A DNA stretch of 64,000 bases from Eledone cirrhosa (taxonomy: Eukaryota): NCBI GenBank assembly GCA_964016885.1, contig OZ024742.1:68510001-68574000 (forward strand). Reading direction: 5' to 3'. Each line of letters opens with the position of its first letter. Positions within the stretch are counted from its first letter, which is position 1. The notes under the pieces were generated by a model that saw only the letters and a program-made list of their open reading frames with translations, searched no databases and was not told the DNA's origin. Below are positions 38,274 through 50,689 of this stretch, one piece after another. The translations under genes and the position numbers were made by a program.

Positions 38274-38667
38274 GGTTGCATCTGTTTTGAGAATTCCCAT
38301 TCCTTGATATTTTTCTCATACACGGGTGGCACGATAATGACCTTTTAGTTCCTCCCAAGGATTTAGATTCCTTTCTGTATATGTTGCAGCGAATGAAAAA
38401 AGAAAAGGCCATATTCTTGCAACAATCGTTTAGATCAAATGAAACTTTTTTTAAGTGAAGAAAGGCCTTACACTGGATCAATCCCACTCTCTGAACAATG
38501 GTGACGGGTATCCAAAAAGAAGAACAGGTCAACATCATTGGCTGCCATCGAGTTGTAAAGATTTCTTTCTTTTAGAATGATGTCCTAACAAGAACTAGGA
38601 TCTCTCACTCTCGGTGAGCTAACTGCGCGTTCGGGCGCTAAACCGAGTATTTCCATATCCCCGCGTA
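38274..38667 (-). mobile_element. Diverged short element sharing the core of the 608-bp family but with a different head
   Basis: Shares aatcccactctc, aaaaagaagaaca.gtcaacatcattgg; head tacgcggggatatggaaata is like 47694; flanked by (CATA)n. Confidence 0.6.
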
Positions 38668-38704
38668 TGCATACATCCATACATCCATACATACATACAT
38701 ACAT

Positions 38705-38759
<55 letters not shown>

Positions 38760-38792
38760 GGCAGACAGGCAGACAGAGAGATAGACAGACAG

Positions 38793-39040
38793 ACGTGAGG
38801 ATTGCAGCATCTTCACAGATGATTGCCGTCTCTTATTGATTCTTCGTTATCATCCCATCCGCGTCCATGACTTCGTAGATGTTTTATAGTCCAGCTGTAG
38901 ATCTGCATGGCTTATGACACAGATGATAGAAGAGAGTGATGCTTTCCACAGGACCGTTGGTTTCACCCTGTGGGACACAATCTTTATGTACCACCATATG
39001 TATTTTTAGTGCGGAACTAGTTCTACACACTTTGTTGCGG
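38793..39040 (-). mobile_element. RTE 3' end with two decayed C2H2 zinc fingers
   Basis: NKVCRTSSALKIHMVVH..HLCHKPCRSTAGL followed by a short 3' UTR running into (GTCT)n. Confidence 0.6.
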
Positions 39041-39376
39041 GTGTATACATGCACACACACACACACACACACATACATACATACATACATACATACATAC
39101 ATACATACATACATACATACATACATACATACATACATACATACATACATACATACATACATACAGTAGTACATGTATGTAGTACCATTAAGGCCAACTC
39201 GGCAGGATTTAGGTTTTATAGAAAATTGGATAATTACATTAAATATCTAATAATTTCCTGCAATCAATAAATGAAATACTCAGTATCTCTGCTACATAGC
39301 AGCATTTCAACAATACCCAAAGCAAGGGATAGGGTCTATGTTGTTATGACCTAGCACATGATTTTGCGTCGGCTCT

Positions 39377-39987
39377 GCATACACATACATGCATACTTAC
39401 ATAGATGCATACTTACATACATGCATGCCTGCATACATACATGCATGCATGCATGCATACATACATACATACATACATACATACATACATACATACATAC
39501 AAATATACATACATACATGTCTGCATACATACATACATACATGCCTGCATACATACATACATACATACATACATACATACATACATACATACATACATAC
39601 ATACATACATACATACATGCATGCATGCATGCATGCATACAAACATACATACATACATACATACATACATACATACATACATACATACATACATGCATGC
39701 ATGCATGCATGCATACATACATACATACATACATACATACATACATACATACATACATACATACATACATACATACATACATGCATGCCTGCATACATAC
39801 ATGCATACATACATACATACATACATACATACATACATACATACATACATACATACATACATACATACATACATACATACATGCATGCCTGCATACATAC
39901 ATGCATACATACATACATACATACATACATGCATACATACATACATACATACATACATACATACATACATACATACATACATACATA
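39377..39987. repeat. Compound (CATA)n/(CATG)n microsatellite
   Basis: About 610 bp; the interruption atgcatgcctgcatac recurs. Confidence 0.95.
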
Positions 39988-40950
39988 CTCCCGGGGAAAT
40001 TGCACAGCAATGCCGCAATGAATCCAGGGATGAAAAGTTGCATACATATCGGCAAAAAATCCTGCATGGCTATGTCGCCAGAACGCTTCAAATTGAGAGA
40101 AATATAGATAAACAAAGTAGTCTCTCTTGGACCATCAACCGGTATATTGGATCTTACTTTGAATGATATTCTTTTGCTATCCAAGAACAGGAAATAACAA
40201 CAAAATACCAAATGCACAAAAGAGATAGAGATTCAGGCAAAACACCTGGATGTGACAACAGATGCAGACACTGCAAAATAAACATCGAAGATGTCACCCT
40301 CATTATAAGCAGATGTCTAAAGATGTCCCCATGATACTATTTACCCATGAGGCATGATGTAATGGCCAAAAGCACTATACAATGCAATCCATAGAAGGGA
40401 TATTCCTGAGAATAAAAATATTTTTAAATTACCGTGGTGTAGAGAAGATGTGCCTACATAATATGAAAGTGTACTGTGGAATGTTCCAGTCAAAACCCCA
40501 GTAAAATGTAAACATAACATGCCAGATATAGTGATATGGGATAATGAAAATTAGGTATGCACAGTAGTGGAAACCAGTTGCCCAGCTAAAGATTAGCGAA
40601 AAGGATATTTATACTGAACTAAGAATCTGAAGATACACCAGCCTAACTATGCCTTTCGATTTGTACCTATGATCATTGGGGCTCTGGGATATGTTACAAA
40701 CTGCCTCGGTACAAATCTTCGAACCTGGATTTCACAGAACCAGAAATGACACAGCTAATTAGGAAGCTGCAGGTACAGTTCATTAATAGAACTGTAAAAA
40801 TATGTAAAACATTTCAGAAATTCTACATGCAATAAATGCACATACACACGTATAGATACAGAAACATGCACATTTACACATATAACTCAAAACATACAGA
40901 TACACTTATTCAATAGCATCCATAGCTGCACACACACAATCACATACAGG
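39988..40950 (+). mobile_element. Older 5'-truncated Dong/R4 family A relative
   Basis: KILHGYVARTLQIERNIDKQSSLSWTINRYIGSYFE; colinear with 7370-8350; starts in (CATA)n. Confidence 0.85.
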
Positions 40951-40952
40951 CA

Positions 40953-41460
40953 TACAAGGTGCATTCCAGAAGTGTTGAGACTTATTTTTTTTAGCAGAGG
41001 CAGTTATAAATAGGATTTATTTACAATTGAATTAATATATCATGTAAATACCATTTAATAGAAAAAGGGGGAAAAATTAGATTGAGAAGAAAGAATGGAA
41101 TGTAAAATTGACCTGCCAATTTGTGTTATTTCAGAATGAAGGAGACAGCTGTAACAGTAATTTGAACAGACTTCACTAAACACTGCTTGTCACAGCTGAC
41201 TAGTTTACAGAATGCAGTCAGGACGTGAAGAAAATTTGGAAACTCGCTAGGAAATAAAGTTTTGTGTTAAAATGGGCAAAAATGCTACAGAAACTTATGA
41301 GATGCTCCAGACTGCTTATGGATTAACTTGTATGAGCCGAGCACGGTAGAGAGGAGGTGAGACCCAATGAGAGATGTGAGAAGGGGAGGGACGTTAGAAC
41401 ATCAACACTGGTTGAGAAAATTCACAATTTTCTGAATGAAGATTGTTGCGTCTTTAAAGA
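40953..41460 (+). mobile_element. Mariner remnant (5' TIR and transposase N-terminus)
   Basis: tacaaggtgcattccagaagt TIR-like sequence; IKFCVKMGKNATETYEMLQTAYG..MSRA. Confidence 0.7.
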
Positions 41461-41659
41461 CAATAAGCATACACTTCGGAGTGTAAAAGCCAAACTCGTT
41501 TTCTTCAATTCGGTATTAGTGCCACCCCTTAACTATGGTCACGAATCTTGGTTAATGACTGAAAGAATACGATTGCGAATACAAGAAGAAGAAGAAGAAG
41601 AAGAAGAAGAAGCAGTAGTAGTAGTAGTAGTAGTAGTAGTATTGAGTCTCTCGAGACGT

Positions 41660-44600
41660 GGTAAATTTCGGCGGAGTAAGCTCATTGTTTGTTAACGTGT
41701 TTACAAAACATTTTTGCCAGAATATTATATATTGTTTTGTAGCTAAATCAACCATCTTCTTAGAGAAAAATCCGTCCGCTGAAATGAACTGCCAAAGTTC
41801 AGAAAATAAAGACAGCAGCAACAACAACTTTGCACGGGAGAACTATGCAATCAACTTCGACACCGACGCCACATTCACAAGAACAATAAAATTTAAAGTA
41901 AAACACAAAAAAAACAACGCTAGTACCACCCCCACCGCCACCATTAAAAATAACAACTTTAGCGCTACCACAACAACCAAAAAACATTGATATAAATAAT
42001 AGCCACACCATAAAGAGCAAATCAACACCAGTGTCAACATGAACACCAACAACAACAGCAGTGACAAAAATGATGACAACAAAACTAATGAAAAACACAA
42101 CAAAAACTTTTTGACATCGCGAGTATAAATTAAAAAAATAGATGTTTCCATTAACACTGGAAAATAAAGACTTTGGATTGGCTCAAGTCAAAACGATAAT
42201 AAAATTTGAAGGCGGGAAGACAGCAGTAATGATGTCTAAAAAGTGACAAAAGGGGCCAAAACACTGTCTTTTACCGAATTGTGTTTCCACGGACCTGCCA
42301 CAATTATTCAAGTGGAGAAGGCTCTAAAAGAAGTAATGGTAGATGTGGCCCACATACAAAGAGCAAGGGCGTTTGCCAGAGTCAAGATCCTCTTCAAAAG
42401 TGAGGACCTCGAGCGACATGGTCTCCCGTTAGAGTAAGGAGTTTGTCCTATATCCGACGTACCTCTCACTCAATATTATCAGATTATCCCGTAATATCAT
42501 CAGTCTCGCACGCTTTTGATCAGATGCCAGAAGACGTGGAACCCACCGAGCAAAAACCTTCGGCGTGCCAAGTACATTGTGCAGAATATTCTCGACTCTC
42601 TCACGGGAAATGGTAATAGTCATCCATCATCGTGTGGTGAGCACGATCAATGTTTTCCTCGGTGGTGGTAGTTGCAGGATGCCCAGACCTTGAGTCATCA
42701 TCAAAACTCTCCCTTCCTCTCCTAAATTAAGCTGCCAACTTTTGCACAGTTGATGAACCTGGAGCGTCATCTCCTAATGTAGCAACCATGTAGCTATGTA
42801 GCTAAACCCTTTTTCTGCAGGTATTTGCTAACACCACAATGCCAAATTTTGTCCATTTTTACGAGAAGTCGTTACTAGTTACTTTTGAAGTCTTCTTTGA
42901 ACAGTCAAATGTCAGTTTATTTGGAAAGAAACAATGTATTTATTAATAAGAAGAGTTGAAAGTAATGTATGCAATATTTCACTGCTCTAGCATAGCTCCT
43001 TCATTGTCAGCCTATAATATTTTCAGCTCACCATCGCACAACCGCCCAATGGGATGGAACGTAGAACAAATATTGAAAGCAAAGACCAAAATGCCGTCTG
43101 TGTGATCCGAAAAGTCACCTAAGAGACTTTTGCCTTTCAAAATAGTAGACAAGAGGCCATCGCTATAACTAACACCGGGGCCTCAACAAAAGCAAAATCA
43201 ACGACAGTATTCCACTCCTGTAGCAGCATGAACAACAACAGCGACAGCAAGAACACCAACAATATCACCAATAACTACGCCAGCAGCTGTAAAACCAACA
43301 AGACTAGCAGCTGCTCCAGCAACAACAAAAGCAGGTGAGACAACAACAGTACCAACTGCAGCAACAGAAGCATTAACACAGCAGAAATACAACAGACATC
43401 GTCAAAATCAGACAGAGGGTCTCCAAACGCAGCTCCCCCCTCTCTTTCTCTATCTATCTATCTCTGCCTCCTCTAAACACACGCATATATGGACACTCAC
43501 AAACACAATCTTACCCATGTCCGAGGAAGATTCCGCAGATACCTGTACCTCCACACCTCGAAGTGAAGATGAAGCCCCCCCCCCCCCCCCCCCAATAAAA
43601 AAGTCGAAAAAGAAAACACAAAAACATCTTGCCTCACACCAACACAAACGCCAGAAAAAAAACAGAGAACACACCTCCACCAATTACAGACACACCTACA
43701 ACACCAACCTCCTTAACACCACAACCATCAACAGAACCACCGCCACCACCTATCACTACCAACACTACCGCAACCACAACGACCCACAAAAAGAAAACAC
43801 ACAACAACAACAACCAATCACAGAGACGCCAAACTTCGTACTACTGAGGAAGGTCAACGAAGAATTGATAGCTTTCATTGCACAAATAGAGGATATTGAG
43901 AGATAAGTGGAAATGTTTGGCACCAGCAGGTTTAAAATGTCACAAACACTAATACAAAAACACCAGGGAGGATTTCTCCAACTACGTGGGAGCCTATAAT
44001 GTAAGAACCACCAGTAACCTTTTAAAGAAGTTCCCAAAGGAACCCCAACCAGATATAGAGGTCAAACCACCCGATCTCAAACAGCGCCAGGGCTGTAAGT
44101 AGCTCCCTTTTTTCTGTTAACTCTTTCATACCAACATGGTAATTTTAAGAGTTGGTTACATAATTGTGGCCAATGGTCGTCCTGGAAGTAAGGTCAGTTG
44201 CTTAATGACCACAAATCACTAGCGAAAAATGTGACAGCCGTCAGTGAGACCAGGATTTCCGACACACGTACTAATCCCTATTTTAGACGACTTTGATATC
44301 TTCGCATCTCTTAGTCGGCCTGGAATGGGAGGCGGGGTGGCGGTGCTGTTTAGGAAAGCCCAGCATCTCGAGGTAAGGTCGATCTTCCTGAGCCCGGAGG
44401 GTAAGTTGGTGGTTCTGAATGTGAACAATAGTGAAGGTGGTACATTTAGAGTGGTGGTTGTCTATGCCCCGATTATGGCAAAATGGTTGGATTTTTCAGG
44501 CATCTGGAAGCCTTTCTTGGAACCTCTTACCCATTACTGTTAGCCGGGGACTAGGTGGCATCTTAGACGCACGCTCGTGGTGTGCATATGTAGCTCAGAG

Positions 44601-46420
44601 AAATGGGTGGTGTAAAAGCCTCAAGAACCTGATCAGTCTATCCCAACTATCTGACAGGTACCTACTAGATTTCCCGAATGCTCCAGTGTGGATATGGGCC
44701 AATTGCAGAGGGTCATCAAGTTGTATTTAGATAGGCTTTAGGTGTTTTTTCATTAGGTTAGCAGATAGGGATAGCGTAGGTTGTCAACAGCTACAAACAG
44801 TTGCACCTTTTCAGACCACAAATGTGTGAGCTGCATGGTCGACATAGATAAAACACGTCGACAAAGAAGGGGTTATTGGAAGATTAAAGCGTCGTACCTG
44901 GCGTATAAAGCCAACAAAAACCTTATTAGCTCATTAGTTAAGCAACAGATAATGGCTCAATCGTCAACAACTGGTGGGGCGTGCTCTCAAGAGAGCGATT
45001 AGAGTAAAATCAATAGCTTTTAGTAAAGAAGTAACAATAGAAAAATATAGTAGAGGCGGAATTGGTAGATTAAACTAGAATAGGCGATTAGGAGTGGCAT
45101 TGCAACCGACGTACTAGCTGCAGGAATGGCACTAGACCATTTATTCATTACGAAACACGAAGGTTGCATTGTTAGACATAAAGCACCTGCTCGAAGACAC
45201 GAGGAACGAAAGCTGTTCGATGGGATCGAGTGGCAGGTTACAGCATGACAATAAAGCTACAATTTGGTATTTGATGGGGCAAGATGGGCGCGTGAAGGAC
45301 GATTCCAAGCAGATCTGTGCAGGTTTCCAGTGGCAATTTGCGCAACTGTTTGGGGCAAGATGGTGAAGGCGGAGATGGTGGCGGAATATAGTTCCTAACT
45401 CGACGGCCTGTCGTGATTCGTGACAGAAGATACGAAGTGCTGCGAAAAGTCGATAACAGCAGCGGAGATTCAGGAAGCCCTAATCAGCTACATGAGGCGC
45501 AAATCGCCCGGTTTAGGTGTTCCACATTACGAGTTTTCCGTATATATGTCAGACTTGATCTCCAATGTCATCGAAGCCGTCTAATGCTGGCCTCAGAACG
45601 GGAGAATTCACAATTCTATGAGTCGGTGTGTAGTAACGTTGATGAAGAAAGACGAGAACAAGAGGGTTGTAATTGATAATTTCCGGCCCATAATTCTGTT
45701 CAACACTGAGTTTAAGATTTTGGCCACGGTATTAACAATGAGGTTGGCGCTTGTTGTCAAGAGTCTGGCAGGGGAGGTGCAAACTGTTGCAGGGTATTCG
45801 GCTGGAATGTGTCGAACTCCTCGGAAATTGAAGTGATCAGCAACTTCGTAGATGAATATGAAACGCTTACCGGATAAGTTGGTGAGTTTGCAGCGTGGCA
45901 CCTGGAGAGGCAAATCCATTCCGTTCAACAACGTCTGGTTCGCTCAGCACTTCCAGGTGGATAGGAACTGGAACGAGGCAACAAGCAGGGTGGTCACGCA
46001 TACCCAGAAATGAGCTGAGAGAAAACTATTCCTGAAAGGTCGGTGGAGGGGGCGAATGGGTACATCGCTTTCGGCATCTATTACCGCCAAGCAGTCGTGC
46101 CTTGCCCCAGCTCACGCCTCACTATATTGGAGCGCCTGCTCTTTCATTTCTAGTGAAAGGGACATGTTCCATTGGCCGGGTGGTCTGTCTGTTGCCAGCA
46201 CCTTATGCGCGGAGGGCTAGGCATGCCGTGGCTGATGATGCGTAAACATGCATTTGTAGATATTCCTAAACGATGAACAGATGTGATCGCCGTGTGTAAG
46301 ACACTTCTTCCGCCTACATTCTACACAACAGTGACCACACAACTAAGCAATCCAAGTGAGTACACACAACAACCGAATCAACACCACAACACACCAGCAT
46401 CTCATCTCAGCATCAACATG
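41660..46420 (+). mobile_element. Decayed L1/Tx1-clade LINE (ORF1 remnant plus APE-RT ORF2)
   Basis: GGGVAVLFR, VVVVYAP, SDHK..GYWKI, DNFRPIILFNTEFKILATVL; many stops and frameshifts. Confidence 0.75.
42435..43036 (-). mobile_element. Mariner fragment nested in the L1/Tx1 element
   Basis: ILHNVLG..KVFARWVPRLL..DQKRARL; TIR-like cgatggtgagctgaaaa. Confidence 0.75.
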
Positions 46421-46819
46421 CTACAATAGGAGCCGCTATCATTATTTAATCTGAATCCAACACATATTTTGTGATTACACCTCATTAGATAATTTCTTAA
46501 TTTTATATTATTTAAAAATTGATACGTCTGAACGTCGGGATTACGTTTCTCACATGTGAACAAGAATTTTACTTATTATTTAATTTGAATCCACCAGATA
46601 ATTTGTGGTTCACATTCATAATTAACGTTACAAAAGCATGGTTACTAACTATCCAAGTTTATTAAATATTAATGAAATATACTGAGAGTGATAAACAGCA
46701 TACACATGGGATACAATTACTTTTCTTCAAAATTATGACCTTCTTCAACGCATTCGATTCTGTTCTGGCTGTGGTGCAGATGAACACTTATAAAAATGTG
46801 ATAAAAGTGTTTGTCGAAA

Positions 46820-47225
46820 GTCACAACAGCCACACCTCTTCGCGGTGCTCCCTCCTCAGACAGACTGCTATCAATCGGACGCTTGAGGGCTCGACAGTGA
46901 CCGCTGCAAAGAGGAAGCGGCAGGACAAGCTCCCGTATTTGCTTGTTTTCCTCTCCTCTGCATTACAAGCCGCCGTACCGGGATTTGTGACCGAGGCGAC
47001 TATTTTGGAGGTGGAAACCGTGTGACGACATGTCGCGTCCCAGAAGAGGGGTTTACCTCCTTCGAAAGGGGAGAGGGTAATTCCGTCGGGGCACTTGCCA
47101 TCACTACGATCGAGGCCTACTGGCTCCAGTTGTGACGGGAAGCCGGCTGTTTCGGGGTTCCTGCTCATGTCAGGGAAATCGGCCTGCGCTCTGGCGGCAT
47201 AATAATGGGCGTGGGCCGAACTCAT
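46820..47225 (-). mobile_element. CRE-clade-like restriction-like endonuclease remnant
   Basis: LEPVGLDRSDGKCPDGITL.PF..GKPLFWDATC..AEERKTSKY..F.AVTVE. Confidence 0.75.
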
Positions 47226-47343
47226 CAACGATAGCCCCACAACGGCTTTTATGTCATAAATATATATATGTTTGTGACTATGTGTATACATACATACATA
47301 CATGCATACATATTTACATGCATGCATGCATGTATACATACAT

Positions 47344-47694
47344 GATGGCTGCCCCCTCGTTATCGAGTAAGGCCATTGCACATATAACATTATTAATAAT
47401 TATCAATTAATGCTATCGTGCAATGCCTGTGCGTGAAGATATTATTTAAAGTGAGGAAAGACTGCGCACTGAGCCAATCCCACTTTCTGAGCGACAGTAG
47501 CTATAACCCGAAAAGAATAAAAGATCAACATCATCGGTAACTACTGAGCCGCAGGTTTCATGTCGGAGTTATCCCAGTTTCTTGAGTTGCCTTCTCCTAG
47601 AAGAATGCCCTGACAAAGGCTTGGGGTCCTTCATTCCCAGTGGTTTAACTGCGCCATCGGGTATACAGCCAGATTATTTCTATGTCCCCGCGTA
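47344..47694 (-). mobile_element. Short relative of the 608-bp family (alternative head, same core and 3' hairpin, no zinc finger)
   Basis: ccttctcctaga, tcaacatcatcgg, caatgcctgtgc; 3' hairpin tggcc..ctcg-ataa-cgag..gcagccat; flanked by CATA-like repeats. Confidence 0.7.
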
Positions 47695-47731
47695 TAGACA
47701 TACACATACATACATGTATACATACATGTAT

Positions 47732-47771
<40 letters not shown>

Positions 47772-47869
47772 TATATAAATGAATTCCGTCGGAAAGGTCC
47801 AGGAAAGAAGAGTGCTCTATGTAGGTTACAGAGCTTATTAGTTATGTAATAAACAACATAAGATAATTA

Positions 47870-47930
47870 TTTCATTTACCAGTGGTTTCTTGAAAGCAAA
47901 CAAAATTTGCTTTCAGTCATCAGAATGAAA
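47870..47930 (-). ncRNA. Type I hammerhead motif (left arm of palindrome 47839-48098)
   Basis: Mirror image of 48007-48067. Confidence 0.7.
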
Positions 47931-48006
47931 AAGTCCTGGTGTATTTATTGACAGTGGATTTTAAAAAGGTTTGTAAAATCCACTGTCAATAAATACACTA
48001 GGATTT

Positions 48007-48067
48007 TTTCATTCTGATGACTGAAAGCAAATTTTGTTTGCTTTCAAGAAACCACTGGTAAATGAAA
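48007..48067 (+). ncRNA. Type I hammerhead motif (right arm of palindrome 47839-48098)
   Basis: Stem I tttcatt/aatgaaa; CTGATGA; stem II tgaaagcaaa/tttgctttca; GAAA; cc-act-gg; GUA triplet; C.A mismatch at the base of stem II. Confidence 0.7.
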
Positions 48068-48092
48068 TAATTATCTTATGTTGTTTATTACA

Positions 48093-48156
<64 letters not shown>

Positions 48157-48191
48157 CATACACATGCATACATGTATATACATATTTACAC

Positions 48192-48386
48192 ATTTTGGAT
48201 GGCCGTTGACTCTTATGAGTTCTTCCGCCCTTTGTCAGGTTTTGTTTTTTGCCCTGCAGGGTGTCCAAAATCACCCTCCTCACCAAGTAAACTTGGTGGG
48301 GTTGTCGGTTTAGTCGCCGACGTTCCGACCATGCGACAGTTTGTACTGGGTTAAATGTTAGCAGTAGCACTCAAGAGTGACCTGAC
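48192..48386 (-). mobile_element. Head-only diverged copy of the 608-bp element
   Basis: Same 5' start gtcaggtc; about 195 bp of homology. Confidence 0.8.
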
Positions 48387-48452
48387 ATAATACAAACATA
48401 CATAGATACATACATACATACATACATATATGCGTATGTGTATGTGAACAAA

Positions 48453-49220
48453 TGTTAGAAGCGAAAACTGTTGTGGGGAGCGCTTTACATGAAGTGCGTA
48501 TATAGCAATAGTGCCCCACAGCCTGAATATGGAGAATGGGAAAAACTATAACATCAACTAAAAAAAACGAATCTTCCAAAACCGGTATTCAGTTGATGAG
48601 AAGCAACAAGTGAAAGAACTTATAGCGGAGATACTGGGTTGTATGAATGTAACAAGGAATACATTGTTTGTGTAGATAATATTTAATTAACAATGGTAGA
48701 TAGTATAGTTGACATGTCAAAGTAATGGATGATAGAATGAAGCAAAGTTAGTAGTTACCGTTTTGATTGCCAGGCAAACGCGGCTGGCAGAGGACGCCTG
48801 GCTAAGGCCAGGCGCCTGTTGGCCAAATGAATGGCAGAGCCAAATGAGAGGCTCTTGACCTGGTGCTGAAAAGGCAATGAGAGGATGAGAACTTAAAGTT
48901 GTTAGTTTTATAGGGTTCTGACCGGAAGTTGCAGAAAGGGTTCTACTTCCCGTCTAGATCCAAACAAGGGAGACAACCGCTACAAACTCATTAAACCTGG
49001 GCTGATTAAAGTCTTTTTGGAACAATGTAAGACAATGCAATGGGAGTGGATCTTGTCTTTAAGCTAGCTTGGAGAATACAAGCGTGTTTTGATCTTATTA
49101 GATCTCCTCAGCAAATCATATTTACTCAGCACGTTGGCTAACCAAGAATTCTAAGATATGGGTATGGAAGAGGGGAAAAACTTCGTGCAGAATGCTTCAC
49201 TCACATTTTCGCCTATAACA
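48453..49220 (-). mobile_element. Solo-LTR-like element
   Basis: TG..CA ends with inverted termini tgttagaagcgaaaa / ttttcgcctataaca; minus-strand TATA ctataaaa; TSD unclear. Confidence 0.5.
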
Positions 49221-50076
49221 CATGGTGACACATATAATCAGCGCATATTTTCTCAGTAACAGTGTTGAGCACTTTTTCCTTGTGTTTGCAAATTCAAACA
49301 TATGTGTGTGTGTGTGAATATATATTTTCCATATACCACTGACATTTTATAAATTCTCTGATGATTTACCATCTTACTGCAGTGAGCATTCAAGGAAACA
49401 GCATAATTAATGTTTAATATCTAGTATTGCCAGAAATAATAACAGAACACACTCATTGATTGGTTGGTTTTCGCTTCTGCATCTTTTATATCTCCATAGT
49501 TAATTTATTTGGCAATCAATTTTTATCATTGACTGACCAACGGTTAAAAATACAGATATAAATATATATATATATAGTCTAACATTGTTCTTTCGTTGCA
49601 CATCAGCAACATCATCAGTGGTACTATTATCATATTTCCTACTATTGTGTTGTAGTGTTTACGTCATTTTTTTTTCTCCGTCTCTGCGCATGCGTTTGCG
49701 TGTGTGTATAATGTTTGGTGTGTGTGTTCGCGTTTGGGTGTATGTGTTTTGGTTTCGTTTATTAGTGTGTGTTTATATGTGTTTGTTGTTATTGTACTTG
49801 TGTATATATTTATTTATTTATTAATCTATTTATATTTCTCTTAAGTCAGTATTGTTTGTTTGGGTATGGTTGTTGTTGTTATTCCATTCATTTTTTTCTG
49901 TTTAACTGTGGCTTTCTAAGCTCTATTTCGCTCGCTTCTCTGATTTGCCTACCTGTTGGGTCATTTCTATGTTTGAATATTATTTTAATTTCTATGTTGT
50001 CTATGTTACTGTCATGTTTTTGTCTGGCGTGTTCGTATAGTACTGAACCGTTTTTTTTGTTGTCCTTTTAATTCCC

Positions 50077-50271
50077 TCAGTGTTTCTCCTTTTCTTTTCC
50101 TATGCCTCGAGCTGTCTTACCTATGTATGTCGTTGTCATGTTTCTGCAAGTACCCTCTGTACATCTTATGCTATAGACTACATTTCTAGTTTTACAGTTT
50201 ATCTGGGGGTTCACTTTACATATAATACATTTCTTATTAGTACATAGTATATGTTGGTTGTTTACCGACAC
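50077..50271 (-). pseudogene. Penelope-like GIY-YIG endonuclease fragment
   Basis: C...KC..C, then NCKTRNVVYSIRC...C...YIGKT.R. Confidence 0.75.
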
Positions 50272-50395
50272 CTCAGATTGCAGATTGGGGCCCTCGACGA
50301 AGTACGCAGGTTGGTTTGTTTACTCCGGAGTAATGTAAAATAATTAAGTCAAATATGTAAAATTTGGCTTCGTTTATTACAAATTATAGATATAG

Positions 50396-50446
50396 TGCTA
50401 TATATATTTCGGTGACAGCCATCATTGGCTGTGACCTCTTCAGGCA
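50396..50446 (-). ncRNA. Minimal type I hammerhead ribozyme (Penelope-type)
   Basis: tgc-CTGAAGA-ggtcacagcca-atga-tggctgtcacc-GAAA-tatata-TA-gca, about 125 bp from the GIY-YIG fragment on the same strand. Confidence 0.75.
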
Positions 50447-50540
50447 GTCCGAATTGGTGTGGGAAGGAGAGGTACACATGTTGTTGAAGTGTGTTTTACT
50501 CCGTCAATCCATCGATATGTCCAGCTCCTGGTTGTGTTGT

Positions 50541-50590
50541 TATTTCTCTTAGGAACTGGAATCATATGATTCCAGTTCCTAAGAGAAATA
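50541..50590. repeat. Perfect 50-bp palindrome abutting (TA)n
   Basis: tatttctcttaggaactggaatcat / atgattccagttcctaagagaaata. Confidence 0.95.

Positions 50591-50689
<99 letters not shown>

Noticed and set aside
49356-49435. Degenerate hammerhead (ttct-CTGATGA..GAAA..agaa)
   Set aside because: Stems II and III pair poorly and the triplet reads GCC; at best a dead relic.
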